Source: Phoronis australis | Lineage: Eukaryota; Animalia; Phoronida | NCBI GenBank assembly: GCA_002633005.1 | Contig: NMRA01000014.1 | Span: 1,787,079 to 1,851,078, forward strand | Length of the DNA stretch: 64,000 nucleotides | Direction of reading: 5' to 3' | Shown: piece after piece, positions 1-12,526 of the stretch | How the letters are laid out: the number at the start of each line of letters is the position of its first letter | How positions within the stretch are numbered: position 1 is the stretch's first letter | Program-made: the position numbers and the translations under genes | Notes under the pieces: model-generated | The model's database searches: none | Seen by the model: the letters and a program-made list of their open reading frames with translations, nothing else | What the model was told of the DNA's origin: nothing

Positions 1-86
1 CGTGGGTAACTGAGATTCTAAGCAGGCCTACTGCATGGTTACACCTTATTTTTAACGTATGTGTGCCTGTCATGACGTGCTCTGTG

Positions 87-324
87 CATGCGCGCACCTG
101 GGGGTATGGACTCGGGGATCTCGATGGCAAAGTGGGCAAAAAGGTCCGCCGCAGAGAAAAAAATGTTTGAGTAAAACGACACAAAATTCCCCTAAAAGGA
201 CAGGATTCGGCGTATGCACAATTCATAGCCCTTAACGAACCCCGTATTCGTTTTTTTAGTAAGTAAAAAGTCCACATCCTCAAAAATTGGAGCCTCCCTA
301 TATTTTAGGCTGGGTACTCGCATG
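87..324. mobile_element. MITE family B
   Basis: TIRs catgcgcgcacc / ggtactcgcatg, near-perfect 5-bp TSD ctgtg/ccgtg; reverse-complement similarity to 26304-26544. Confidence 0.75.
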
Positions 325-539
325 CCGTGGGCGTACGGTATGCACGGGAAATGCAAGCAAACAATTCAGCTTTGAAGAACAATAATTCATTGCGCAATAC
401 TACTGGAAATCAAAAACATCAAGGAAGTTCAAAGACAACATTTCCAAGTTGATGACCATTAAGTTGGATTTTATTTATTTAAGTACTTAAACTTCGTTTT
501 TTATCTACGGTTTGTAAACTTAAACCCAGTAACTTAGTT

Positions 540-1420
540 CCTAAACCAATAAACAATTTATTGCCATTTGAATTGTGAGAGTGACATTTTAGCACACATT
601 GTTGAGCTGTCCGAAATTTCCGTGAGACTTATTTCAGACAGACAAAAATCGTTTACCGTACTTTTATATTTGGGGGTCTGATGATAGATCGAATTTTCCC
701 AATGTCGGCCTGCAATTAAGTTCATTGAAGTATTGTCATTTCTTACAGGACTAGCTTCTAATTGTCAAAAAAAATCATGTCTCAATCAGTCCACTTTCGT
801 AGATACATAAACATGTAAATCAGAAAGCAACAATTAAATCCATGAGCAATGCGTTTACCTTGATTTAATGACTTAATTTCTTTTTGATCCCCAGTTATTG
901 ACTTTAAACAACAAATCTTGTACCGAAGTAAAAAAGCAATGCATTTATTGTCATTTGAATTGCGAGTAAATTTTTTTGGGGAAGTGTCTTAATTTCATCA
1001 ATGTTTTTGAGAGTTATTTTAGATAGGCAAACAGCGTGCAAGTGCACTTCACTATTTGAGGATAGGATTATACAGTAGTTTTTTTTTTCATATTCAGGAT
1101 TCAACTAAATTCACTGAATCGTCATCATTTCTTTAAAGATTAGTTCTAATTGCAGAAATCACCTATTAACCTGTCGGTTTTCATAGATACATAAACATGT
1201 AAATCAGAAACCAACGAAATTGTTGATCAAAATGGAATATTATAAGCAATTTCCGCAGGCATGCTCGCAGATTTTTGTTGGGTAACCGGAGGAAATGAGA
1301 GATTGGGCATTCATAGTAAGGTGTATTTTTGCTCTTTCCGAGGTACACGAGTTTAACTTGACCTAAAAAAACGCTGATATATTTGTTCAATTCGTTTATT
1401 ATTGCGAGTATTTGGGTACA
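540..1420. repeat. Diverged tandem duplication with a period of about 390-400 bp
   Basis: tagatacataaacatgtaaatcagaaa at 800 and 1184; atttattg.catttgaattg.gag at about 556 and 943, with a weaker third match near 1395. Confidence 0.65.
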
Positions 1421-4400
1421 CTCGTTCGACATGTACAATGTACACAGTCACCCCAATGGTAGCCTCGACAGCAGTGTTTTCCACATGTGGGTATTCTTTA
1501 CAAACAAGTCATAGTAACCATCTTCAAAAAAGATACTATTAATGTGATGATATGGGAAACAGTAACATTAATTTTTAATTAACCATCGGAAATAGCGGTC
1601 TTCCTGACTCCCTTTCGATGGCGGTCAATCCTATTGCATTTTTCAGATTTTTTGTTGTTTGGGTTGAATGTCTTGATACTGCTGTGCTGTGCATCAATGT
1701 TTTTCTTTGTTTTTTAGTCAATTTCGAATCACAACTTCCCTCGTGAATACTTGGTAGTGTCGGATTTACATGCATAGAGGGACAAGAGGACATTTCTCGG
1801 AACTGCTCCACCGAGAGAGGGTGCCGTCTGAAATGGGACACCTTAAGAATGAAAAGCTAAACATCATTAAGCTTGGAAAAGAGTGACAGTTCATTCCACC
1901 GTCGTGTGGTCAGACGACGGTGCAAGAAGTGACCTTCATCAACATGAAAGTTGGTTGCACAATTTTACAAAAAAAAAACAGGAAAATAGACGTAATGGAG
2001 TCCAACATTATGGGAACTCTCTCCGTCAGTGTAGGCTTAAAAATGTGTTAATAGAAACATAAAAACTGTGGCTACTTGAATATCATCAGTGGCCTCCTTC
2101 AGACACGGGGCTTCTCTGTTTGAAAATATCTATATTTTGAAAAATCAAGAAATGTGCAGCAATTGATTATATATCTGTCAGGGTTATCAAATTTTCGAAA
2201 GTGATATACAATTCGAGAAAAAGAGCGACAGTTGTCTCCCTTATACCTTGCCAGAGAGGGACCTCTGGAAAAGTATGGTTTTGCAGTCGCAAAATTGACT
2301 TACTGAGTTTAAAAACCAGTAAAATAATACGCTCCGCAAAAGCTTCGCTTTAAAAATTTTGTCAAGTTTTCGAAATATATGCATGAACCATTACGTGCAC
2401 GTTTCCAAATGCCTTTAGACGATCTGTGCTGCGAAAGTTGGGTCTCCAACAACAATGTCCTGGCCAGGTCCTCAAAAGGTAAACCATGCACTGATACAGA
2501 GTTGTTCATGTTCACTTGAGTTTTCTCTCTTATCCGAATTTAGCAGTATTTCGTTTCTCGACTGTCCCCGCCCAACGTGTATGTCGGTTGCCACGGTTTA
2601 ACCCTGACGCCTGAAAATTTTTGGGGTGCCTGTGCCCCCCCCCCTCCCGGACCCTCCCCTCTTCCTACGGCCCTGAAAATAAAGTTGTAGTAAGAATTGG
2701 TGCAATGCGTAGTGTTAAAAATCGAGTTGTCATGGCATGTTAAAATGGAGAGGTGTTCCTAACTTATTCAAGGGATGTGTGAAGGCGTGACTTGAAGATG
2801 GTCGGGAACTGATCGGTATTTTACCTGCCTGAGCCGAAAAGGAATCGATTACGAACGTGCAACTCTACTCGCACTTGCTGAAGTTCGATTTCAACTCATC
2901 ATGTAATGTAATCAGTTCACTCCTTTGGAGCAGATGAGGTCCCTGTTTTGCAAGTGTGTACTGCTATATTCACTTGCCCTAAGTAACTCTTCAACACCCC
3001 TCGATTGTTGTCTTTGTCAGGCGTGCATTCCTGTGCAGTACCCTCTGCTCGTGTTGACAAAAGTGCTGAAAATTCCACTGGTGCCCTACCAGTAACTAGA
3101 CGGCTCCGATCTTTCTGGTTCATGATTGGTCGCCATCTCCCTTCCAAGTAAGCTTACTCTACACTCTCTCACAGTGCTACGAAATGTAGCGCTGTCGGAT
3201 GTTGTTTAATAACGCTTCCCATTGATTAAAGAAATGAAACCGACGTCATAACATTCAGTAGTTCCCATTGGTTGAAATCTGGTAAACCACCTTCAGGTTA
3301 TACATGTACGTAGTATGGCGACCACCTTTGACTTGAATAGTTACACTTTATTAAAACGGGTAGTGATCGAAGTAAATAAACACAAGAGAACCCCGATCCA
3401 GTGACTTAAGCCCAAACAATTAGACTGCATAAAGACGTGTGCAAGTGGTGGCGATGTGATCAGTATACTTCTGACCAAGGCATGCGCACGGAATTCCGTG
3501 TGTCGTTCATCATGTTTCCACAGGTCCACTTTTCAGTATACCTATATATAGGTGGCGCTGTCAGAGGGTAAGCTTACTCTACTTTCTTTAAAAAAACTAT
3601 AATTTCCGAAATATGTGAATCTGTCAGAATTTAACCACGTGAGTGCAATCACGAGTACCTTAAAATCTTCATGGAACGAATTTTCACTTTCAATCTCAGA
3701 GACATCAGTAATACATGCTACTAGCCTTTTCGCTTCATATTGCGTCTCTGCGAAAAAAACAACAAGTAAACAACGTTCGAAGGCAGTTGTTCTGACAATT
3801 GGCCAATATCCGCGGTTTTAAGTTTGTATCTGTCACAGGTACCAGAAAGTTTGTTCGAATTAATTGAGTATTTTCAAGGTGAAGTAGACGAAAGTTAAGA
3901 AATAAGCATATTTAATTTAATTAAGATTGAAAATATTTGAAGTTGTGTTCAACGAGCATTATTTTGGATTAGGTTTCGACTGAACTAACTCGCGTCAAAA
4001 TTCGTTTTATATGAAGTTTCTAACTACACTGAAGTGGAAATAGTGTCTTAAATTATACATGTATGTGCTGGTTTACTGATTTTCTTCGTGCCGGTATTAT
4101 AAAACTTTTTCTTAACCTCAAAAACCTCAAATCGAAGGGTTTTGGCTATACGTAAAACTCACAGGTATGAATTTTCTTCTTCATTGCTTTGTTTTGATAC
4201 ATCACGTATTTGTATGAAATCTGGAAATAAGAGTCCCCATATTACGTATTTAACTCAAAAAGCGTCAAATAAGAATATGCAATTTGACTTTTTTAAAAAC
4301 AGGCAATTCCAAGATCACGAATTAAATTCCGGATTTCAGTAAGTCGAATGCTGTGTAGCTGCAAAACTTTCTTCTTTAATTAATTCAAATTTGCCCTTTC

Positions 4401-5329
4401 ACCACGAAATAAAGTGAATCGGCAACTTTTAAAACGCTCACCTCGTAAGCCAACGCTACTGTGACTTATCTTACTAAGACCTGGTCATATTATCTCCACA
4501 TGTAACCACATTCAGTATTTTCAGACAAAAAGGCATGGCATTTGATCTTGTGCATTACATTTTATTGTTGATAGCACTTCGTAAATCATTTGCAAGGGGG
4601 GAGCCACCGGTCACGCAAGGCAGTGTGGGCAATGTTTTGGAGTTCGCTGCGGGAATGGCTTTCTGGTAGACGACGTGTTATACAATAGTCTAAACTTATT
4701 TTTGTTCTAAGTTCAAAATATTTCTTTCAGCTAGTGCCGTTTGGATGACAGATAATTCGATAAACTCAGACCATTTTGCTAAAATCTTTTGCGTTCATTT
4801 TAGAAGCGATCGTAGGAGTGCGTCTTTCAATACGCAGAAGAGTACTACAAAAATGCTATGCATTTAATTTTCTTACTAGTGAAACTGGATCATCTTGCGA
4901 TACTGTTTTCACCCTACTAAGTCTGCAAGTGATCGTGAAAACCGGTGACCGGATTTTAAAAGACCTGACTGTCCTTATGGTAGCTCTGATTGTCACACCC
5001 GCCCACATACACAGCTGGGGAAGTTCACCCGAACGCCAAAAAATTCCAAAAATTTTTGCGCATATCAAAATGGCGGCAACCAATATACAGATCTTCCTCT
5101 CAACACCAAAACAGTTCTGCCCAGCCACCTTTCGCATATCAAAATGGTGGCGAACAACAGAGAGGTCTCTGGGCAACCAAAAAATGCCAAGGGACTGCTT
5201 CTGATTTTGAAAAGTTGAGCTTCATCTATTGTGCATTCCGTATAACTAGTAAAAAACATGTACCTCTGACTGAAATGTAACCAGTTTCCATGAAATCATT
5301 TGACAGTACTTGTACGCCGAGCCGATGGG

Positions 5330-5500
5330 CGTCGAGCCGGCTGTTCTCAATCCCCTTGGTCTTGCCGTAACCAGGGTAGAGCCCATTTAAGCTAGTGCAT
5401 GTGCCTCAATTGAAAAGAAAGATCTCGAGAGATTCCGCGAGATATCGCCTTGTATTTTCAACGAGAGCACGTAATTTTAGCTAGATTTTCTCGCCGCAAA
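5330..5500 (+). promoter_or_regulatory. Candidate housekeeping-type promoter
   Basis: CpG-rich patch with two adjacent near-matches to the TCTCGCGAGA motif (tctcgagaga 5423, ttccgcgaga 5433) upstream of the candidate first exon. Confidence 0.35.
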
Positions 5501-5750
5501 ACATCTATTCAACTCTAATCTGGTGATTGGAGCAGTTTGCCAAAAAGTTGCAAAGCAGTCGTTTTTCATGACAACTTTGAGGGTACATGTACTTTTGGTT
5601 ATTTTGCTCAGAGGGCGCTGCGACCAAATCAGACGCAGGTTGACGTTTGTGTTAGGGGTCGTGACCGTAACAACAAGGCATCAACTTGATTTTGTTCCAA
5701 GTTGTTCGACTTAAGGTGAGAAATTGTTTCATTGGCATAGCAGCAGATTA

Positions 5751-7518
5751 ATGGCGGTAAGTAGTTTACTTAATATAAATTGTTGTACGATTAATTCAAG
5801 GGAATTGTGTGGGAAAAACGAGTGATTGATGCCACCTTTCGGTACGTAGTGGTTGCATTCCTGGCGGCATTGTAACTGACTACGACTACGTTAATTATTT
5901 TTGTCCTTTTTGTATGAATTGTGTAAAAATTCGAGTCATAAACCGGCAGAGGTATTGCATGATCCAATAACTTTGCACAGTTTGCACGTAGTCACCATCG
6001 GAGATTTTTCCGTTTCTGGTTTAAACAGTGAATGCCTGTGAGTGTGAGTGACTCCCTCCAGTGATGTGGGTACACCTGTACCATGATTCAGTAGGCTGAC
6101 TGGATTTATTACAATCGAAGTGAAACAGAAAACTGAATTTTCATTTTTTCATTGGTAGGTGATATATGATGTATTATGCTATATGGCAATAAAAATAATA
6201 TTGAAATAGTTAACCCATATACTTTTAGGATGCACTACTTTCACTTTCTTTAGGAACAAAAGTATTTTGGAGAATTAACACAGTGAGTGAATGGTTGTTG
6301 GAGTATTGATATAGTTGTTTTGGGATAATTTCAGTTTCTGTGAAAGAGAATGATTAGCAGTCAGAAATGACCCCCAGGAACACTCTAGTGGAAATGGTAC
6401 ACCTTGTTTTCAATGACACGGCCATTACTGGAATGGGTGATTGCAATGGGTTAATGTTATCTTGATAGCAGAGGTTTTCATTTCTTGCTGGGTCTGAGAA
6501 AGTTTGCTGGGTCTTTCTCTTGTCTTTTAAATGATTGAGTTGGAGACATTTTCTTAATTTGTAATAATAAAAAGTGGATTTTGATGTTGTAGAGGCATTT
6601 TTATGTTTTCTCAGCGTCCGTTTTCTTTCGAAAATACCCACCTACAAAGGAACACTGAATGGTGCTGAGTTAAGCAAACTATTCATTGCCTCGTTGTGGT
6701 GTATCGGTTGTCTTCTTCTTGACATGATTAAAGAGTGTTCATTGAAATTGTTTGCTTGAATCCGTTTATTTATCTAAAATCTAAGAAACTACGGTGTAAG
6801 TATATACACATTGTCTTATTTTCCATTTCAGCATTATAAATCAAGAATACCTGACCCTCTGTAAAGTTCCTGATAGGACATTTTTCTGGTAAAATGTTTT
6901 AATGTTTTCTGCACTTTGAAGGGAATATTTTGGAGTACAAATTTGGAGGAAGACCTGATAAAATGCGTTTAACTGAATATTTCATTTTACAATGGGCTCT
7001 TATGAATGCAATAAATTTGTTTTTTTTTTTGTTGTTGTGCCATATTTATGGGCAGTATTCATGTAAACTGGTCACATTCATTGGAATCACAAGATACTTG
7101 AACATAGTTTGCCAGTGCAGACTGTCTTTCAGTCAAGAACAACCTTGAAATATCTGTAATGTGATGACGCATTGCCTTCAACCATCGCCATCTGATAATT
7201 TGAACTCTACATGTTTAGAAATCTGATTTCAACTCGGTTGTCTACCCTAGTAAACATGGTTACCGTTTTTCAACATGTCAAGTGTAAACAACATGAAAAA
7301 ACATTGTACAAATTTTATTGCCGGCATCGGTTAGACCTTTTACACGTGGTTTACTTAATGCTTGGAAGGTTACTAACCGACTGATCACCAAAAAGGAAAC
7401 CTCTCGCCTTCGTGTTTAGACTTCGCGATTCAAACCATTGTATTGTTTCACAATCGGTCATACCTTTGCTCTTATTTATGAAATCGTTTCTTTTGTGTTC
7501 AGGAAAGAGGTGAAATGA
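5751..7518 (+). CDS. Candidate four-exon microprotein gene, join(5751..5756,6254..6282,6832..6888,7503..7518): MAEQKYFGELTHIINQEYLTLCKVPDRTFFWKEVK*
   Basis: Donors gtaagt, gtgagt, gtaaaa; pyrimidine-rich acceptors ctttctttag, ttccatttcag, ttttgtgttcag; frame stays open over all three junctions; AATAAA at 7674-7679; promoter-like sequence upstream. No homologue recognised. Confidence 0.5.
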
Positions 7519-7699
7519 GGGTGGTTCGATGATGGAATGAATTATCAGTCTTTTCGTTTTTTGTACATGACATGTTAGAGTAATTTGGGCTGCTTGTCTT
7601 TCATATTAAGTAACCCTCTCATACGTGGTCCACTTTTAGAAGGTTGCCCATGGTAGCTGCGCGTTTGCCGCCCAATAAATCCGGGTTTTTATTTTTATT

Positions 7700-8150
7700 T
7701 AGGACCATAAAAATGTTCTAATTTGGTTGAATTCGAATCATTGTATCTCAGAAATGGCTGATCGGGTTCAAATGAAACTTTCGATTATTTTATGCTTCAT
7801 GCATTTTTCTACACAAGTCTTTTAGTGATTCTTTTTAAAATACTCCATTTTTTCACGAGAATTTTTAAAAATAGAATTTCAAAACAAACTCAAGTTGCAT
7901 CAAACAAAATCGCTTACTCAAACTCTTTAGAAAACTGTAAAAGGGTTTTTGAAGTCTCATCTTCAAGATTTATATCATCAAATAAAATTTGGTCATGTTA
8001 TCATTGTTTTGGTAGCAATGCACATTTATTTTTTGCTAGTTTTTACTGAAAGGACATGACCCTGTGACCCAATTACTGACATGTTGGTAGAAAGTCAGAA
8101 AATCTAATTCTTCAGGCTTTCTAAATTTGTTAAATATCATACTTTTACTG
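7700..8150 (+). repeat. Old interspersed repeat family D (related pieces at about 28935-29130 and 30200-30540; reversed at about 33690-33780 and 56310-56400)
   Basis: Shared blocks atctcagaaatggctgatcggattca.atgaaacttt and aaatttggccatgttat...aggacatg. Confidence 0.65.
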
Positions 8151-9774
8151 AGTTAAAATTTATAGACGTGAGCCTGATAACGTATACATGTACTTGTCAA
8201 TAAGGTCCTACACCAGGAGGAAAATTGATCACGGATACTGCAAAATACGTTTGCGTGAAGCACAGCTACTGTACAAGAAAACGTCCGGCCGAATCAATCA
8301 AAACTTTTAGTTAAAGCGCGAAAGATAGAAAAATTTAAAGGCCACTATTTGTGAATTGTACAAGGACAATATTCTAGATGGTTTTATCACTCGTTTAATG
8401 AATTCATTTAGTTCAGTAAGTTCGTCTCAGTGCACAGGATACATGTAACTAGGATGAGAAGCTGTTCCGTTGACAACCCATCGTTTTTCCAGTGTTGAAG
8501 GAGAGGGGGTGTACATACAAAACTTGCTTTGTCGACCAGACTGGCATTAGTATGATTTTTGACGATCATGTACATCGTACGTGCCTAACGGATTTGCTCA
8601 AAATGCGTGTCGTGCGATTTTTGGAGTGAAGGCATAACTGTAAAGCCGCGACAGGCCTACAGTGGAATGAACCAAAATTCACATAAACACCAAATACAAA
8701 ATTCTGAAGGGAGTGGCCCAAAACCCCCTGGACGTCTTGCATCCCCTGCTCTCCCGGTTGCAAATCAACTATATACATCTGCGCTCATACCTCGGTTAAT
8801 TGCCTAGACATCCCATATTGTAAACTGCGAGCTTTATAAAGTCTTGGAGCTGTATAGATGGCAATTAAAGGGACATTTTATATATCTTTATTCGTCAATG
8901 TTAAGTCGAAAATATAAAACGATAGTTCTTAGACTTTACATTGATAGGTATAGTTCCAGGACTTGGCTCCGAGCAGTGAGATCGACTTGAGACCAAAAAA
9001 GACCGTACGACATTGTTTGATGACTATAGTTGATTCTTATAGCGAAGGTAGTAAGGCAAATGCTATCGGTGAAAAACAATACACATGAAAGAGGTGGTGC
9101 ACGAATTTGAAAACTTCCACCACAACAGATTGTTTCCTTGATAGTTCAAAAGTTAGGAAGATGTTCATTGGTAGCGTCCCAATGACGAAATACTTACTGT
9201 TACAAACAACCACTCGCATACTTTCAAATGTTAGCGAGCGCATTTCATCGGTCGTTCACGGTGGTGGCACGTCACACGGGATAGCCAATGACACGTCAGC
9301 GGCCATTAAACCACAACATCAGCATCCTCCAAAATTTCAGTATGGTCTAAATTTTACACTCACAAATGGTGGTTTTTCCCTCTGTGCACGATATTGTAGC
9401 CCTTAAGTGTCAGAGTAGTGGGTGGGATTGCAAAAGTGCCGCACAGGATTACAATTATATAGTTCATCTGCGAAATATCGAAAACAGGTACAAATACCCC
9501 CATGACAACCATTTCACAATCTTTCGAAAATTGTGATTTCAAAACCTTCACATCTTGGTCCTAAATGCTAAAATTCGGGTATCAGCAATTTTGGTATGAC
9601 ATTTTAAGTATTTTTCTACAAGTAGTGTACATGCACTGTTAATCCAAAAACAGACGCAAAAAACAAACAATTAAAATGCTTGGGTGACGTCATCAGTGGA
9701 TTCGGTCTTCACCATTGTGTTAAACACCGGCCGCGAGTCGAAGTGGTTTCAAAAACTGAGTTCGACTGAGTATT

Positions 9775-9960
9775 ATGAAAAGTTGCATATACGGAGGATT
9801 CAGCAACAGCAATAGGAAAGACAATATTCAGTTTTTGCGTTTCCAAAAGACCCTAATGTCGCGCAGAAAATTGCACAGGTTCGTGCGTAGGACAGTACAC
9901 GGTGGAGCAAGCGAAAAGTTCAGAGGCCACGCTGTGCTCAGTCCATTACACAACGACAAA
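9775..9960 (+). pseudogene. Decayed THAP zinc-finger coding relic, probably from a DNA transposon (Kolobok, P or Harbinger type)
   Basis: MKSCIYGGFSN...IQFLRFQK...RRKLHRFVRR, then after a frameshift SSEATLCSVHY. This follows the THAP pattern C..GC.N..F.RFP..R.KW..LCS.HF with several key residues lost. Confidence 0.6.
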
Positions 9961-11739
9961 TCGTGCTTCGATCTGTAGCAAAAACGGAGATGTAACGAAG
10001 GTTTCTCTAACGTGTAAGTGCATGTGGTGGAGAAAAAGTGTACTGTTATGTACCATTGCTGGGAACGTGGTTGTCAGGCACGTATTGTGTATGAACCCCA
10101 GCATCAAATTGTACTACTGAGACAATGAATGTGACTGCAGTAAGTTTCCATCAGTTTATTCTTGTTCAATATTTTCTGCATGTTATATACATATATCTCA
10201 ATGCCCAAAAGTGGAAAATGGGATGTACAAGTATACATGTATGCCACACAAATAGTTTGAGGTTGACAGCAACCGGCACAGAGGCTCAGTGGAGTCGGAC
10301 ACTGACCGAAATAATCGACGAACCACAACGATACAAAGCTGTTTATGATTTTGGAACATATAAGGCAAAAACGAGTATCAATTACCGGAAATAAAATTCA
10401 GTTAGCATCACTTTAATTAGATATGATCGTTCCTAACAAACGCGCTTGGCATTCCTGGAAATGAAATCCGTGTCCGCTTTTATCGACTGGGCTTCGACAG
10501 TCCGAGTAAAAATTTAGGTTAGATTTAGAGTTCGAGACACATTTTACTCGACACAAAAGTGGTTAGAACATTAAATCTTGATTCAATAAAAGGCTTTAAT
10601 TACCACTCCGACTGTCCCGAAGACACCGGTGTGGAAGGGTCCAGTTCGTACGGCCTGCCGATATAGTGAGGTCTAACTCACCTGTTTCACCTATGGCCTG
10701 AGTGTCGTCTTAACCCTCATCTCCACACCTGTCTCCATAATACTAATCAAGCTCGCTCTCTAAAACTTCGTAACATACAAAATCACTACTATCGGCCATT
10801 TCATGTCTATTGTCAACTGATCAACGTCTTTCACTTTTGACAACACGTGGCGGGAAACCAAAAAAAATCATTAATTTTTCTTTAAAACTTCAAAATTCCT
10901 CAATTATTTCCCAAAATAAGTGCTTGTTAAGTTAAACTTTGTGTTATAAAATTATTAACCACTGTCTAAAACCTCAAAAAGTGCAAAAAGACATTGTAGG
11001 AACGCTGAGGCCTTAGTCTCCCGCCCACTTACATGGAAAACGCACGTGAATTGATTTGTTTACTCTACCTAATTATGGGTCCAGTAAGATGGTGGAAGAA
11101 ACCGTGTCCTCGTGCGTTGTCAATCAAATTCGAATGACCTCAGTATGAACTCCGATGAGCGCGTGCGTATACTAGTTCATGTGTTGCGTTCCTTCGACAA
11201 CAGCATCCTCGCGTGCGATCAAGCTACCGGGATTTTCTTTAGATAAGCCCATCCAGTGAAACGCCCATGGACGTTTATTCAGAAAATTATGCCGAATACA
11301 ACTTGTGATGTCAAGTGTCCAGACAGTCGGGAGGTTATTTGGAAATTTTCCTCGCAAAAGCCCACTCACCGTCAACTTTTTGTCACAAATTCTGTTTTGT
11401 GGAGCATTTTTTATTTATAAAAACGAACAAGGTGTTGGCGAATTACACATTTATTAACATAATCAAAATAACATAAAATTAAAAAACAGAGTTTTAAGTA
11501 CAAAATGTCAAAATCAGCAAAAATATGACTTCCGTTTACACGCCACCTTTTCCGAATTAACCTCCCGGGACGTTGCTAAAGCGCCTGAAATTTTTCATTT
11601 TCCGAATACACGCCCATGTTCTTATCTATGGAAATTCCCGGTAGCGAGTAGCGTTACAGGTTAATCTACTTTGACATTACTAAAGCGAGCGAGACGAATA
11701 CCGTCCACTGTTTCAGTGAGTCCAGAAGAAATGACGAAA

Positions 11740-12068
11740 CAGAGCCCTCGATTTTGAGGCCGAATATCGTCCCCATTCAACTGTGAAAGCTATTGAAAAA
11801 TCACACGAAATTCCCAACCTCATGATGTCCAAAAATCCCCCTCGAGTATAATTGAAATATAAAAATCCCCTCGAGTTTCAAATCACTTGTAACTGACACA
11901 GGTGACAATTTGATAGAACACAAAATGTTAGTTTGGCTACTCGAAGCAGAGCCTATGAGGGCTTGCAACAGGGTGGGGGTGCTATTGTTGGTGATTCTTC
12001 TCTCACCACGAAATATTTCCCTTTCAAAAGGCACAGGCACATTTCCCCTCGGATGAACGAGGGCCTTG
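11740..12068 (-). mobile_element. MITE family C
   Basis: Ends cagagccctc / gagggccttg; reverse-complement homology along its length to 28476-28826. Confidence 0.75.
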
Positions 12069-12526
12069 TGAATACGAATGAAAGAAGACAGAGTACCGTG
12101 GGGCGTTGATCGAAATGTAGACAGTGCGACGATTAAAAGAATTGTAATCGAATCGCGATACTGGAGCGACCGCTTTCGATATCGGATACGCCAAAGCCCA
12201 TTTCGATTCGATGCTCAGTTCCATTTTTCGCCATACGGTGCCTTACAAAGTTTCGAGTTATTTGTATCCTTTGAACAGTATTATCATGCAATGAAATATT
12301 TAATGTATAGTATTATCGGTGTGTTAAACCAATAATAAGCAACTCAGGGTCGTTCATGAGTTTTTTCACAGCTCAACGATCACAGTTGTCACAAGAAAAT
12401 ATTGACACTCTCATTTTCATGTAGTGAAGGGAAATAATGGATTGGAGTGGTAAGTTAGCTTATATTTGAGAAAAAAATAATCAATTTGACATAATAAGAA
12501 TGGAATTGAAAAAAATCGAATGTTCT

